Of a DNA stretch of 20,000 nucleotides, positions 1 to 13,537 are shown piece by piece. Made by a program: the position numbers and the translations under genes. This DNA comes from Occultella glacieicola (lineage in GTDB: Bacteria > Actinomycetota > Actinomycetes > Actinomycetales > Beutenbergiaceae). Position 1 is the stretch's first letter. The number at the start of each line of letters is the position of its first letter. Location of the stretch: NCBI RefSeq assembly GCF_004353825.1, contig NZ_SMNA01000009.1:185652-205651 (forward strand), in the 5' to 3' direction. The notes under the pieces were generated by a model, which did no database searches, was not told the origin of the DNA, and worked only from the letters and a program-made list of their open reading frames with translations.

Positions 1-992
1 GGCAGTTCCCGCTCGGGCAGGTCCCGGCCGCCGTCGATGCGGTACATGATCTGCAGGTCCTCATAGTCGCCGGCGACGGCGCGCAGCAGCCAGGAGCGCC
101 AGCCGTCGGCCTCCTCGCGGTAGCCGAAGTCGAGGAGCGCCTCGAGGGTGAGCGCGGCGTCCCGCAGCCAGCAGTAGCGGTAGTCCCAGTTCCGGACGCC
201 GCCGAACTCCTCCGGAAGGGAGGTGGTGGCCGCCGCGGCGATCCCGCCGGTCTCGTCGTTGGTGAGCAGCCGGAGCACCAGCAGGGACCGCTTCACGACG
301 TCCGCGTGCGGCCCGCGGTACTCGCACGCCGACGCCCAGGCATCCCAGATCCCGGTGGTCGCCCCGAGGTAGTCGTCGGCCGGCAGCGCCTCGGGGCCGT
401 CGGCCCACGACGGGGTCCAGGTCAGGCTGAACTGCAGCCGTTCGCCGCCCCTCACCTCGAAGTCGTCCTCGTGGTGCGTGCCGGTGGCCCGGGGGAGCCG
501 GTCGCCGTGCAGGGTGAGCGCGTCCGGTCCGGCGACGGCCCGGATGACCGCCACGCCGCCCGGATCCTCGGTGCGGCGGACCCAGGGCACGACGGTGCCG
601 TAGCCGAACCGGATGGCCAGCTCGTGGTGGAAGGCCACGGTGCCCTCGAGGCCCTCGATGCGGCGGAGCACGTCGGCGCGCTCGTCCTCCATCGGCATCC
701 ACTCGGTCACCCGGGCCCGCCCGGTCGCCGTGGTGTACTCCGTGGTCAGCACGAACGAGCCGCCGTCGTAGGCACGTGTGACGTCGGTGGCGTCCGGTGC
801 GGTGAGCAGCCATCGTCCGTGCTCGGGCGTGCCGAGCAGGTTCGCGAAGCAGGACGGCGAGTCCAGCGCCGGCAGGCAGAGCCAGTCGATCGAGCCGGTC
901 CTGCTGACCAGGGCGGCGGTCCGAGAGTCGCCCAGGACGGCGTAGTCCTCGATCGGGGTGGGCGGCGCGGCTGGGGGTGGTGGGCTGCTCAT
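1..992 (-). CDS. Glycoside hydrolase family 15 protein (trehalase/glucoamylase-like), 3' end outside window
   Basis: Not in the ORF track because it has no stop in the window. Manual translation from ATG at 992: [41 protein letters not shown]...[57 protein letters not shown]...[17 protein letters not shown]. These are the GH15 IEDYAxxGD, TTSLPE and [12 protein letters not shown] motifs. An alternative in-frame ATG lies at 1001. Confidence 0.93.
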   Translation of the reverse strand, partial: MSSPPPPAAPPTPIEDYAVLGDSRTAALVSRTGSIDWLCLPALDSPSCFANLLGTPEHGRWLLTAPDATDVTRAYDGGSFVLTTEYTTATGRARVTEWMPMEDERADVLRRIEGLEGTVAFHHELAIRFGYGTVVPWVRRTEDPGGVAVIRAVAGPDALTLHGDRLPRATGTHHEDDFEVRGGERLQFSLTWTPSWADGPEALPADDYLGATTGIWDAWASACEYRGPHADVVKRSLLVLRLLTNDETGGIAAAATTSLPEEFGGVRNWDYRYCWLRDAALTLEALLDFGYREEADGWRSWLLRAVAGDYEDLQIMYRIDGGRDLPEREL

Positions 993-999
993 CCCAGCC

Positions 1000-1005
1000 A
1001 TTGTG
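1000..1005 (-). promoter_or_regulatory. Putative -10 hexamer (CACAAT) for leaderless GH15 transcript
   Basis: Minus strand reads CACAAT-ggctggg-ATG(992). The 7-nt spacing is typical of actinobacterial leaderless genes, and no SD is present. Confidence 0.5.
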
Positions 1006-1048
1006 GCCGGTCCCGGACGGCTGCGCAGGTGGGCGGGGGTCCGGGCGG

Positions 1049-1092
1049 CCGTGGGTGAGCCGTGGGTGGGCCGTGGGTGGGCCGCGGGTGGG
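1049..1092 (+). repeat. 4 x 11-bp G-rich tandem repeat (CCGTGGGTGGG), G-quadruplex-like
   Basis: ccgtgggtgag / ccgtgggtggg / ccgtgggtggg / ccgcgggtggg in the GH15-uvrA divergent intergenic region. Confidence 0.85.
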
Positions 1093-1128
1093 CAAGGGAC
1101 GGTCGGCGGCGTGACCGACGACACGTGG

Positions 1129-1144
1129 TCGAACGGTTGTACGA
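1129..1144. promoter_or_regulatory. LexA (SOS) box upstream of uvrA
   Basis: TCGAAC-ggtt-GTACGA, one mismatch to the actinobacterial LexA consensus TCGAAC-N4-GTTCGA, directly upstream of a nucleotide excision repair (NER) gene. Confidence 0.75.
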
Positions 1145-1166
1145 TGTCGGTGGTTCGACTTACCAT
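1145..1166 (+). promoter_or_regulatory. RecA-NDp / PafBC-type DNA-damage-inducible promoter of uvrA
   Basis: TGTCGGTG(1145-1152)-gttcgact (8 nt)-TACCAT(1161-1166) matches the mycobacterial RecA-NDp consensus TGTCRGTG-N8-TANNNT. The GTG start follows 7 nt later. Confidence 0.8.
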
Positions 1167-1173
1167 GGAGGAC

Positions 1174-4110
<2,937 letters not shown>

Positions 4111-4197
4111 GGTCCCGGGCCGCCGAGGGTGCCTGCAGGTCGGTATCCCGGTCCGGAGGGCGAAGGTGTGAATCCGCGGCGTTATGCGCTGCGTGAG

Positions 4198-4289
4198 CCG
4201 CAGGACGACACCCACGCGTGGCGTGGGCGCGCGAGGGTGCGATCCTGCGGGCGATCCTGTGTTTTGAACCGCAGGATGACACTCTCGCG
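4198..4289. repeat. REP/BIME-like cluster: three ~21-bp copies in alternating orientation
   Basis: 4198-4218 CCGCAGGACGACACCCACGCG (+); 4230-4250 reverse complement CCGCAGGATCGCACCCTCGCG; 4269-4289 CCGCAGGATGACACTCTCGCG (+). Confidence 0.7.
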
Positions 4290-4304
4290 GCCCGGGGGTC
4301 CAGC

Positions 4305-4338
4305 CGGGCCGGCCTGGCCGGCCGCCGGGGCCGGCCCG
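4305..4338. terminator. GC-rich hairpin between convergent uvrA and OsmC gene
   Basis: CGGGCCGGCC (4305-4314) pairs with GGCCGGCCCG (4329-4338), 8 bp past the OsmC stop. No U-tract. Confidence 0.4.
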
Positions 4339-4346
4339 CCGCGGCC

Positions 4347-4835
4347 TCACACGCCTTGGGCCGCGCGCACCTCGGTCGCCAACGGTGCGTGCCGCACCGG
4401 GAAGTTGACGGACCGGGCGATGAAGCAGTGGTCGTGCGCCTGCTGGTGCAGCGCGGCGATCTGGGCCTCGCTGACCGGCTCGGCCACGGTCACCCCCGGG
4501 TGCAGCACCACCTCGGTGAACTGCCCGGCCCCGGCGGTCTCGACCCGCATGGTTCCGGTGGCCCGGTCCGTGTAGGCGACCACGACCACGCCCGCCATCG
4601 CGGCTCGGTGCAGGAACCAGAGCATGTGGCACTGGCTCAGTGAGGCGACGAACAGCTCCTCCGGCGAGTACCGCGAGGCATCCCCGCGGAACGCGGCGTC
4701 CGCGGATCCGGGCAGCGGCGGCTTCCCACCGATCCGCACCAGGTGGTCCCGGGCGTAGGAGGTGTAGGTCTCGGTGCCGTGCTCGCCGGCCCCGGTCCAG
4801 TCGACGTTGACCGTGTACGTGTGCAGCGGGCCCAT
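4347..4835 (-). CDS. OsmC/Ohr family peroxiredoxin-like protein
   Basis: 162 aa with YxxYxRDH, GSADx[20 protein letters not shown] (first Cys) and [15 protein letters not shown] (second Cys), the OsmC-family two-cysteine pattern. Confidence 0.9.
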   Translation of the reverse strand: MGPLHTYTVNVDWTGAGEHGTETYTSYARDHLVRIGGKPPLPGSADAAFRGDASRYSPEELFVASLSQCHMLWFLHRAAMAGVVVVAYTDRATGTMRVETAGAGQFTEVVLHPGVTVAEPVSEAQIAALHQQAHDHCFIARSVNFPVRHAPLATEVRAAQGV

Positions 4836-4868
4836 CGACCCACGCTAGCGCGAACTACTCTGGAGGGC
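4836..4868. promoter_or_regulatory. 33-bp divergent spacer with back-to-back -10 hexamers for OsmC gene and uvrC
   Basis: Minus strand: TAGCGT (4847-4842), 6 nt, ATG(4835). Plus strand: TACTCT (4856-4861), 7 nt, ATG(4869). Confidence 0.6.
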
Positions 4869-6875
4869 ATGGCCGACCCCTCCTCGTACCGACCCAAGCC
4901 GGGCGAGATCCCCGATTCACCCGGCGTGTACCGGTTCCGGGACCCGCACGGCCGGGTCATCTACGTCGGCAAGGCGGTCAACCTCCGCTCCCGGCTGAGC
5001 AGCTACTTCCAGAACATCGTCGCGCTGCACCCCCGCACCCAGCAGATGGTCACCACCGCGAGCTCGGTGGAGTGGACCGTGGTGGCCAACGAGGTCGAGT
5101 CGCTCGCCCTGGAGTACTCCTGGATCAAGGAGTACGACCCCCGGTTCAACGTCAAGTACCGCGACGACAAGTCCTACCCCTATCTCGCCGTCACGATGGG
5201 GGAGGAGGTCCCGCGGGTGCAGGTCATGCGCGGCGCCAAGCGCAAGGGCACGCGCTACTTCGGCCCCTACTCCCACGCCTGGGCGATCCGGGAGACCGTC
5301 GACCTGCTGTTGCGGGTCTTTCCGATCCGGAGCTGCTCGGCCGGCGTCTACAAGCGCGCGGCGCAGTCCGGGCGGCCCTGCCTGCTCGGCTACATCGACA
5401 AGTGCTCGGCCCCGTGCGTCGGCCGGATCTCGACCGAGGACCACCGCGACCTCGCCGACGACTTCTGCGACTTCATGGCCGGCAACACCGGGTCCGCCGT
5501 GAACCGGCTCGAGGGGGAGATGAAGGCCGCCGCCGCCGAGCTCGACTTCGAGCGCGCGGCCCGGCTGCGCGACGACCTCGGGGCGCTGCGCAAGGTCGTC
5601 GAGAAGAACGCCGTGGTGCTGCCGGACGGCACCGACGTGGACGTGTTCGCGATGGCGCACGACGAGCTCGAGGCCTCCGTGCAGGTGTTCCACGTGCGTG
5701 GCGGCCGGGTCCGCGGGCAACGCGGCTGGGTCACCGAGCGGGTCGAGGACCTGGCCCCGGGGGAGCTCGTCGAGCGCCTCCTCGAACAGGTCTACGGTGA
5801 CCTCGCAGCGAACCCCGGTGAGGCTACCGACCGGGCCGTGCCCCGGGAGATCATCGTGCCGACGGCGCCGGAGAACGTCGCCCAGGTCGAGACCTGGCTG
5901 GGCGAGCTGCGCGGGGCGAAGGTCCGGGTCAGGGTGGCCCAGCGGGGGGACAAGCGGGCCCTCGCCGAGACCGTCGAGAGGAACGCGAAGGCAGCCCTTG
6001 CCCTGCACAAGACCCGCCGGGCCGGTGACCTGACTGCCCGGTCGCACGCCCTCGCCGACCTCCAGGAGCTCCTCGGCCTGGCCGAGTCGCCGCTGCGCAT
6101 CGAGTGCTACGACATCTCCCACACCCAGGGCACCGAACAGGTCGGCTCGATGGTCGTGTTCGAGGACGGGCTGCCGCGCAAGAGCGAGTACCGGCACTTC
6201 GTGGTGCGTGGACCCGACGGTACCGGCGCCCGCGACGACACCGAGGCCATGAACGAGGTGCTCACCCGCCGGTTCCGCCGCTATCTCGCCGACCCCGTGG
6301 GGTCGCCGTCGCTGGAGGAGGTCGACGGCGGTGGCTCGCTGACGCCGTCGGGTCCGGTCGCCCTGTCGCCGGGAGAGTTCGACGCGACCGCGCCGAAGAA
6401 GCGGTTCGCGTATCCGCCGAACCTCGTGGTGGTCGACGGCGGAGCGCCCCAGGTGGCGGCCGCCCAGGCCGCGCTCGACGAGCTGGGGATCGTGGACGTG
6501 GCGCTGGTCGGGCTGGCCAAGCGGCTCGAGGAGGTCTGGGTGCCGGGGGAGGAGTTCCCGCTGGTGCTGCCCCGGACCAGCGACGGGCTGTTCCTGCTGC
6601 AACGGTTGCGTGACGAGGCCCACAGATTCGCGATCACGCACCACCGCAAGCGGCGGGGCAAGGGAATGACCCGGTCCGCGCTCGACTCGGTGCCCGGTCT
6701 GGGGCCCACCCGCCAGGCCGCGCTGCTCAAGGAGTTCGGGTCCGTCCGGGCCATCCGGGGAGCCACCGAGGAGGAGATCGCGCAGGTGCCCGGGATCGGC
6801 CCGAAGATGGCCGCCACCGTCGCCGAGGCGCTCGCCCCGGTGCCGGACCGGCCTGCCGACGTTGCCAGATCGTGA
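4869..6875 (+). CDS. uvrC: Excinuclease ABC subunit C (668 aa from ATG 4869)
   Basis: GIY-YIG nuclease (PGVYRF...[16 protein letters not shown]), Cys cluster [16 protein letters not shown] motif FERAARLRD, RNase H-like RIECYDISH and [19 protein letters not shown], and C-terminal HhH (VPGLGP, VPGIGP). Confidence 0.98.
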   Translation: MADPSSYRPKPGEIPDSPGVYRFRDPHGRVIYVGKAVNLRSRLSSYFQNIVALHPRTQQMVTTASSVEWTVVANEVESLALEYSWIKEYDPRFNVKYRDDKSYPYLAVTMGEEVPRVQVMRGAKRKGTRYFGPYSHAWAIRETVDLLLRVFPIRSCSAGVYKRAAQSGRPCLLGYIDKCSAPCVGRISTEDHRDLADDFCDFMAGNTGSAVNRLEGEMKAAAAELDFERAARLRDDLGALRKVVEKNAVVLPDGTDVDVFAMAHDELEASVQVFHVRGGRVRGQRGWVTERVEDLAPGELVERLLEQVYGDLAANPGEATDRAVPREIIVPTAPENVAQVETWLGELRGAKVRVRVAQRGDKRALAETVERNAKAALALHKTRRAGDLTARSHALADLQELLGLAESPLRIECYDISHTQGTEQVGSMVVFEDGLPRKSEYRHFVVRGPDGTGARDDTEAMNEVLTRRFRRYLADPVGSPSLEEVDGGGSLTPSGPVALSPGEFDATAPKKRFAYPPNLVVVDGGAPQVAAAQAALDELGIVDVALVGLAKRLEEVWVPGEEFPLVLPRTSDGLFLLQRLRDEAHRFAITHHRKRRGKGMTRSALDSVPGLGPTRQAALLKEFGSVRAIRGATEEEIAQVPGIGPKMAATVAEALAPVPDRPADVARS

Positions 6876-6888
6876 CATTCTGAGACCC

Positions 6889-7839
6889 ATGACCGAGGCG
6901 ACCGATCCCGAGCTGCCCCCGACCGTCCCGGAAGGTATTCCACTGCTCGAGCGGGAGACCCCGCCGGCCGACGACGCCCGGCCCGAGGTGCTCATCATCA
7001 CCGGGATGTCGGGCGCCGGCCGGACCCGCGCGGCGGCCGTGCTGGAGGATCTCGACTGGTACGTGGTGGACAACCTCCCGCCGAAGATGCTGCTCGCGCT
7101 GTCCGGGATGATGACCCAGGCCGACGGCGGCGTCCGTCGCCTGGCCGCGGTGGTCGACGTGCGCAGCCGGGAGTTCTTCTCCGACCTGGTCCAGGTGCTC
7201 GCGGACCTGCGTACCCGGCAGGTCGACTACCGGATCGTGTTCCTGGACGCCGCCGACGAGGTCCTGGTCCGCCGGTTCGAGCAGGTGCGTCGCCCGCACC
7301 CGCTGCAGGGCGACGGCCGGATGCTCGACGGGATCGCCGAGGAGCGACGGCTGCTGGACCACCTGCGCTCGCGCGCGGACGTCGTGATCGACACCAGCGA
7401 CCTCTCCGTGCACGATCTGGCCCGCCAGGTCCGGGACGTCGTCGCGGGGGAGTCCGGGGACCGCAAGATCCGGATCACCACGGTCTCGTTCGGGTTCAAG
7501 TACGGGCTGCCCCTGGACGCCGACCACGTCGTGGACGTGCGCTTCCTGTCGAACCCGTACTGGGTGACCGAGCTGCGGCACCTCAACGGCCGGGACGACC
7601 CGGTCCGCGACTACGTCCTCGGCCTGCCCGGGGCTGAGGAGTTCGTGGACCGCTACGTCGCCGCGATCGAGCCGGTGCTCGCCGGCTACCTCACCGAGCA
7701 GAAGCCCTACGTGACGATCGCGGTCGGTTGCACCGGGGGCAAGCACCGCTCGGTCGCCATCAGCGAGGCGATCGCCGGCCGGCTGCGCGCCGCCGGGCAG
7801 AGCGTCCGCACCGTGCACCGTGATCTGGGCCGCGAATGA
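6889..7839 (+). CDS. rapZ: RNase adapter RapZ / YvcJ family P-loop NTPase
   Basis: ITGMSGAGRT, VVDNLPP, DVRS, RRPHPL, SFGFKYGLP, DVRFLSNP, GCTGGKHRSV, HRDL; canonical position after uvrC. ATG 6889 is preceded by CATTCT plus 7 nt. Confidence 0.95.
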   Translation: MTEATDPELPPTVPEGIPLLERETPPADDARPEVLIITGMSGAGRTRAAAVLEDLDWYVVDNLPPKMLLALSGMMTQADGGVRRLAAVVDVRSREFFSDLVQVLADLRTRQVDYRIVFLDAADEVLVRRFEQVRRPHPLQGDGRMLDGIAEERRLLDHLRSRADVVIDTSDLSVHDLARQVRDVVAGESGDRKIRITTVSFGFKYGLPLDADHVVDVRFLSNPYWVTELRHLNGRDDPVRDYVLGLPGAEEFVDRYVAAIEPVLAGYLTEQKPYVTIAVGCTGGKHRSVAISEAIAGRLRAAGQSVRTVHRDLGRE

Positions 7840-8843
7840 GAGCCACCGCACCCGCCTGGTTGGGTGCCGCCCGGCCCGATGCGCTGCGCGTGGTCGCCCT
7901 CGGGGGTGGCCACGGGCTGGCCGCGACCCTCGGCGCCCTGCGCCACGTCACCCGGGACGTCACCGCCGTGGTGACCGTCGCCGACGACGGCGGCTCGTCC
8001 GGGCGGCTGCGTCAGGAGCTCGGGGTGCTCCCGCCGGGCGACCTGCGGATGGCGCTCGCCGCACTGTGCGACGAGTCCGACTGGGGGCATACCTGGGCCG
8101 ACGTCCTGCAGCACCGGTTCAGCTCCGACGGCCCGCTCGACGGCCACTCGGTGGGGAACCTGCTGATCGTCGCCCTCTGGGAGCTCCTCGGTGACCCCGT
8201 GGCCGGCCTCGACCTGATCGGGCAGCTGCTCGGCTCCCGCGGCCGGGTGGTTCCGATGGCGGCGGTGCCGCTCGGGATCGAGGCGGAGGTGCAACTGCCG
8301 AACGGGCCCACCGACCAGCCCACCGTGGTCCGCGGTCAGAGCCGGGTGGCGGTGACCTCGGGCCGGGTCACGAAGGTGCGGCTGACCCCCGAGGAGCCGC
8401 CCGCCTGCGAGGAGGCCGTGACCTCGATCATGGGCGCCGACTGGGTGATCCTCGGGCCCGGCTCCTGGTACACGTCGGTGATGCCGCACCTGCTCGTTCC
8501 CGGCATCGCCCGGGCCCTGCACGAGACCTCGGCGCGGATCGCGCTGACCCTCAACCTCTCCACGCAGGCCGGGGAGACGGACGGGTTCAGTGCCGCGGAC
8601 CACCTGCGGTCGCTGCGTGAGTACGCCCCCGACCTGCGCGTGGACGTGGTGATCGCCGACCCGGGCGCCGTCGAGGACCTCGACGACCTCAGCGCGGCGG
8701 TCTCGACGGTGGGGGGGGCCATGCTGCTACGCCAGGTCAGCGCCGGTGACGGCACACCTCGCCATGACACCCTGCGGCTCGCTGCCGCCTACCGTGATGC
8801 GTTCGACCGCTTCCTCTCCGACGTCGGAGAGCGGTCACGATGA
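7836..8843 (+). CDS. yvcK: YvcK/CuvA family UDP-GlcNAc-binding (gluconeogenesis/morphogenesis) protein
   Basis: [53 protein letters not shown] overlap with rapZ. Confidence 0.95.
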   Translation: MRATAPAWLGAARPDALRVVALGGGHGLAATLGALRHVTRDVTAVVTVADDGGSSGRLRQELGVLPPGDLRMALAALCDESDWGHTWADVLQHRFSSDGPLDGHSVGNLLIVALWELLGDPVAGLDLIGQLLGSRGRVVPMAAVPLGIEAEVQLPNGPTDQPTVVRGQSRVAVTSGRVTKVRLTPEEPPACEEAVTSIMGADWVILGPGSWYTSVMPHLLVPGIARALHETSARIALTLNLSTQAGETDGFSAADHLRSLREYAPDLRVDVVIADPGAVEDLDDLSAAVSTVGGAMLLRQVSAGDGTPRHDTLRLAAAYRDAFDRFLSDVGERSR

Positions 8844-8860
8844 GTGGGAGGATGACCCTC

Positions 8861-9841
8861 ATGTCCCTGACGGCCGAGGTGAAGGATGAGCTGGCCCGGC
8901 TCCGCGTCGACAAGATGTCCGCGCGCAAGGCCGAGGTCGCGGCGACCCTCCGGTTCGCGGGCGGTCTGCACATCATCTCCGGCCGGATCGTCATCGAGGC
9001 CGAGCTCGACACCGGGATCGCCGCACGGCGCCTGCGCCAGGCCGTCCACGAGGTGTTCGGGCACACCAGCGAGGTGATCGTGGTCTCCGGCGGTGCGCTG
9101 CGGCGCGGCAACCGTTACGTGGTCCGGGTGGTCAAGGACGGCGAGGCGCTCGCACGGCAGACCGGCCTGCTGGACTCCCGGGGACGCCCGGTCCGGGGGC
9201 TGCCGCCACACGTGGTGAACGCCAGCCTCGGCGACGCCGTCGCGGCCTGGCGTGGTGCGTTCCTCGCCCACGGCTCGCTGACCGAGCCCGGGCGCTCCTC
9301 TGCCCTCGAGGTGACCTGCCCCGGCCCGGAGGCGGCGCTCGCACTCGTCGGTGCCGCGCGGCGGCTCGGGATCGGTGCGAAGGCCCGGGAGGTCCGCGGC
9401 GTGGACCGCGTGGTCATCCGGGACGGGGACGCGATCGGCGCCATGCTCACCCGGATGGGCGCCCACGACGCGGTCATGGCCTGGGAGGAACGGCGGATGC
9501 GCCGGGAGGTGCGGGGCACCGCGAACCGGCTCGCGAACTTCGACGACGCGAACCTCCGCCGGTCCGCTCAGGCCGCGGTGGCCGCGGGCGCCCGGGTGGA
9601 GCGGGCCTTCGAGATCCTCGGCGAGGACGTGCCCGACCACCTGCTCAGCGCCGGCCGGCTGCGGCTGGAGCACAAGGAGGCGAGCCTGGAGGAACTCGGG
9701 CAGCTCTCCGACCCGGCCCTCACGAAGGACGCGGTCGCCGGACGGATCCGCCGCCTCCTCGCGATGGCCGACAAGAAGGCCGCGGAAGCGGGCATCCCGG
9801 ATACCGAGAGCAACCTGACCCAGGACATGCTCGACATGTGA
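8861..9841 (+). CDS. whiA: DNA-binding cell division/sporulation regulator WhiA
   Basis: [61 protein letters not shown]-terminal [11 protein letters not shown]...[13 protein letters not shown]. Alternative ATGs at 8840 and 8852. Confidence 0.96.
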   Translation: MSLTAEVKDELARLRVDKMSARKAEVAATLRFAGGLHIISGRIVIEAELDTGIAARRLRQAVHEVFGHTSEVIVVSGGALRRGNRYVVRVVKDGEALARQTGLLDSRGRPVRGLPPHVVNASLGDAVAAWRGAFLAHGSLTEPGRSSALEVTCPGPEAALALVGAARRLGIGAKAREVRGVDRVVIRDGDAIGAMLTRMGAHDAVMAWEERRMRREVRGTANRLANFDDANLRRSAQAAVAAGARVERAFEILGEDVPDHLLSAGRLRLEHKEASLEELGQLSDPALTKDAVAGRIRRLLAMADKKAAEAGIPDTESNLTQDMLDM

Positions 9842-10004
9842 CACCCCACACCCGGCGGGACCTTCGCCCGGGAGCAGGGGCCGCCCACGGGTGTACCTTT
9901 GGAGGTGGTGAATGGCCCACCATGAGGCAACAATCGAAGGGTCATCACACTCCCACAGACTCGCGCGTGAGCGCGAAGACCGACAGACGCTATGCGCGCA
10001 GTGA

Positions 10005-11030
<1,026 letters not shown>

Positions 11031-11042
11031 CCAACGCTTCGC

Positions 11043-11087
11043 ACATGAGGGCGCCCGCGTACCGGTTGTACGCGGGCGTCGTCATGT
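11043..11087 (+). terminator. Long stem-loop between gap and pgk (partial terminator or mRNA stabiliser)
   Basis: ACATGAGGGCGCCCGCGTAC-cggtt-GTACGCGGGCGTCGTCATGT forms a 20-bp stem with one mismatch and one G-U pair. Confidence 0.7.
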
Positions 11088-11121
11088 CCCGATCCGAACC
11101 ATCTCCTTGGAGGCAGCAGCC

Positions 11122-12318
11122 ATGAAGACCATCTCCGACCTCGGCGACCTGCGCGGGAAGCGCGTCCTGGTCCGCTCCGACTTCAACGTGCCGCTGGACG
11201 GCACCACGATCACCGACGACGGCCGAATCCGCGCGGCCCTGCCGACCATCAAGACGCTGGTCGACGGCGGAGCGAAGGTCATCGTGACCGCTCACCTCGG
11301 TCGTCCCAAGGGGGCGCCGGAGGACAAGTACTCCCTTGCGCCGGTCGCGGCGCGGCTCGGCGAGCTGCTCGGGCAGGACGTCGTCCTCGCGCCCGACACG
11401 GTCGGCCCGGGCGCGCAGGCGGCCGTGTCCGCTGCCGCTGACGGCGACGTGGTCCTGCTCGAGAACATCCGGTTCGACCCCCGGGAGACGTCCAAGGACG
11501 ACGCCGAACGCGGCGCGCTCGCGGACGACCTGGCGGCCCTCGCAGACGCCTACGTCTCCGACGGCTTCGGCGTCGTGCACCGCAAGCAGGCCAGTGTCTA
11601 CGACGTCGCGACCAAGCTGCCGGCCGCCGTCGGCGGTCTCGTGCAGAGGGAGGTTGAGGCCCTGCGGAAGGCGACCGAGGACCCGGAGCGGCCCTACGTC
11701 GTCGTCCTCGGCGGCTCCAAGGTCTCCGACAAGCTCGGCGTGATCGCCAACCTCCTCACCAAGGCTGATCGCCTGCTCATCGGAGGCGGCATGGTGTTCA
11801 CCTTCCTCGCCGCCCAGGGGCACAGCGTCGGCAAGTCGCTGCTCGAGGAGGACCAGATCGACACCGTCAAGGGGTACCTCGCCACGGCCGCCGAGAAGGG
11901 CGTGGACATCGTGCTCCCGACGGATATCGTCGTCGCGCCCGAGTTCAAGGCAGACTCCCCGGCCACCGTGGTCGCGGCGAGCGAGATCCCCGACGACCAG
12001 ATCGGCCTGGACATCGGCCCGGAGTCCGGCGCCGTGTTCGCCGAGGCGATCGCGTCCGCGCGGACCGTCGTCTGGAACGGCCCGATGGGCGTGTTCGAGT
12101 TCCCGGCGTTCGCGGGCGGCACGAAGGCGGTGGCGCAGGGTCTCGTGGACGCCACCGCGGCCGGCGCGTTCACCATCGTCGGCGGCGGCGACTCCGCGGC
12201 CGCGGTGCGCCAGCTGGACTTCGACGAAGCCGGCTTCAGCCACATCTCCACCGGTGGCGGCGCCTCCCTCGAGTTCCTCGAGGGCAAGGTCCTGCCCGGC
12301 CTCGACGTCCTGAACTGA
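11122..12318 (+). CDS. pgk: Phosphoglycerate kinase
   Basis: [65 protein letters not shown] at 11109-11113 supports ATG 11122. Confidence 0.99.
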   Translation: MKTISDLGDLRGKRVLVRSDFNVPLDGTTITDDGRIRAALPTIKTLVDGGAKVIVTAHLGRPKGAPEDKYSLAPVAARLGELLGQDVVLAPDTVGPGAQAAVSAAADGDVVLLENIRFDPRETSKDDAERGALADDLAALADAYVSDGFGVVHRKQASVYDVATKLPAAVGGLVQREVEALRKATEDPERPYVVVLGGSKVSDKLGVIANLLTKADRLLIGGGMVFTFLAAQGHSVGKSLLEEDQIDTVKGYLATAAEKGVDIVLPTDIVVAPEFKADSPATVVAASEIPDDQIGLDIGPESGAVFAEAIASARTVVWNGPMGVFEFPAFAGGTKAVAQGLVDATAAGAFTIVGGGDSAAAVRQLDFDEAGFSHISTGGGASLEFLEGKVLPGLDVLN

Positions 12319-12350
12319 CCCGTCCCACGAACCGAAGGAAGGCACCACAG

Positions 12351-13148
12351 ATGGCGACCAGCCGCACCCCGCTGATGGCGGGCAACTGGAAGATGAACCT
12401 CGACCACCACGAGGCCACGCACACCGCGCAGAAGCTGGCCTGGACCCTCAAGGACGCGAAGCACGACTTCACGTCCGTCGAGGTGGTGGTCTGCCCGCCG
12501 TTCACCGACCTGCGTTCGGTGCAGACCCTGGTCGACTCCGACAAGCTCGAGATCGGCTACGGCGCGCAGGACCTCTCCGCGCACGCCAAGGGCGCCTACA
12601 CCGGCGAGATCTCCGCCGCGATGCTGGCCAAGCTCGGCGTCGGCTACGCCGTGGTCGGTCACTCGGAGCGACGCCAGTACCACGGCGAGGACGACGCCCT
12701 CGTGAACGCGAAGTCCAAGGCCGCGCTGGCCGCGGACATCATCCCGATCGTGTGCGTGGGCGAGGGCCTGGAGATCCGGCAGGCCGGCGACCAGGTGTCC
12801 TACACCCTGGCCCAGGTGGACGGCGCCTTCGCCGGGATCTCCGAGGCCGACGCCGCCCGCTCGGTCGTCGCCTACGAGCCCGTCTGGGCCATCGGTACCG
12901 GTGAGGTCGCCACCCCGGAGGACGCCCAGGAGGTCTGCGGCGCGATCCGTCGGCGGCTCGCCGAGCTGTACTCGGCCGAGGTCGCCGACTCCGTGCGCGT
13001 CCTCTACGGGGGCTCGGTGAAGTCCGGGAACGTGGCCTCGATCATGGCCCAGCCCGACGTCGACGGTGCCCTGGTCGGCGGGGCCAGCCTGGACCCGACC
13101 GAGTTCGCCGCGATCGTGCGCTACCAGTCGCACGACGTCGGCCTCTAG
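12351..13148 (+). CDS. tpiA: Triosephosphate isomerase
   Basis: [58 protein letters not shown]. Confidence 0.99.
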   Translation: MATSRTPLMAGNWKMNLDHHEATHTAQKLAWTLKDAKHDFTSVEVVVCPPFTDLRSVQTLVDSDKLEIGYGAQDLSAHAKGAYTGEISAAMLAKLGVGYAVVGHSERRQYHGEDDALVNAKSKAALAADIIPIVCVGEGLEIRQAGDQVSYTLAQVDGAFAGISEADAARSVVAYEPVWAIGTGEVATPEDAQEVCGAIRRRLAELYSAEVADSVRVLYGGSVKSGNVASIMAQPDVDGALVGGASLDPTEFAAIVRYQSHDVGL

Positions 13149-13160
13149 GACGAGCGGTGG

Positions 13161-13203
13161 GCGACGGCGCGGGGACGATGCGTGAAGTCCCCGCGCCGAT
13201 CGC
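13161..13203 (+). terminator. Hairpin after tpiA
   Basis: CGGCGCGGGGAC (13165-13176) and GTCCCCGCGCCG (13187-13198) form a perfect 12-bp stem, extended by GCGA/TCGC with a bulge. Confidence 0.65.
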
Positions 13204-13204
13204 G

Positions 13205-13210
13205 TAAACT
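13205..13210 (+). promoter_or_regulatory. Putative -10 hexamer (TAAACT) for secG-rbpA
   Basis: TAAACT matches TANNNT and lies about 65 nt upstream of secG, right after the tpiA hairpin. Confidence 0.45.
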
Positions 13211-13276
13211 CACCAGGGGTTCCACGGGTGCGCGCCGTTCGCGCACGCCCACTACACGTGAGGAAGTACTGACGAC

Positions 13277-13522
13277 GTGACGGTAATGACCATCGTCCTG
13301 CAGGTCCTGCTGGTGCTCACCAGCGGCGTGCTGATCATGACGATCCTCATGCACAAGGGCAAGGGCGGCGGCCTCTCCGACATGTTCGGCGGCGGCATGT
13401 CCTCCAGCCTCGGCTCGTCCGGTGTGGCCGAGCGCAACCTCAACCGCATCACGATCGGATCCGCCGTGATCTGGGGGGTTGTGGTTGTGCTGTTGGGTCT
13501 CATCCAGAAGTTCACGATCTGA
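13277..13522 (+). CDS. secG: Preprotein translocase subunit SecG
   Basis: Two hydrophobic segments flanking ILMHKGKGGGLSDMFGGG...SSGVAERNLNRIT; canonical position after tpiA. Start may be GTG 13277 or ATG 13286. Confidence 0.96.
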   Translation: MTVMTIVLQVLLVLTSGVLIMTILMHKGKGGGLSDMFGGGMSSSLGSSGVAERNLNRITIGSAVIWGVVVVLLGLIQKFTI

Positions 13523-13537
13523 GCAGGGAGTCTTCAC

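Noticed and set aside
958..1173. 72-aa N-terminal extension of UvrA in the ORF track
   Set aside because: It overlaps the GH15 start and runs through the tandem repeat and the uvrA promoter. UvrA similarity begins at about 1174.
4198..4289. Repeat triplet as a mini-CRISPR
   Set aside because: Copies alternate in orientation, are degenerate, have only 11-18 bp gaps, and no cas genes are nearby.
6285..6400. Low-complexity insertion in UvrC before KRFAYPPNL
   Set aside because: A variable loop at this position is usual in actinobacterial UvrC. It is too short for an intein and lacks intein motifs.
6990..7030. RapZ Walker A reads GMSGAGRT with Arg in place of Lys
   Set aside because: I recall this variant as normal for actinobacterial RapZ/YvcJ, so it is not evidence of pseudogenisation.
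8861..9841. WhiA LAGLIDADG-like fold as a homing endonuclease or mobile element
   Set aside because: WhiA is a known domesticated, non-nuclease derivative and sits in its canonical rapZ-yvcK-whiA locus.
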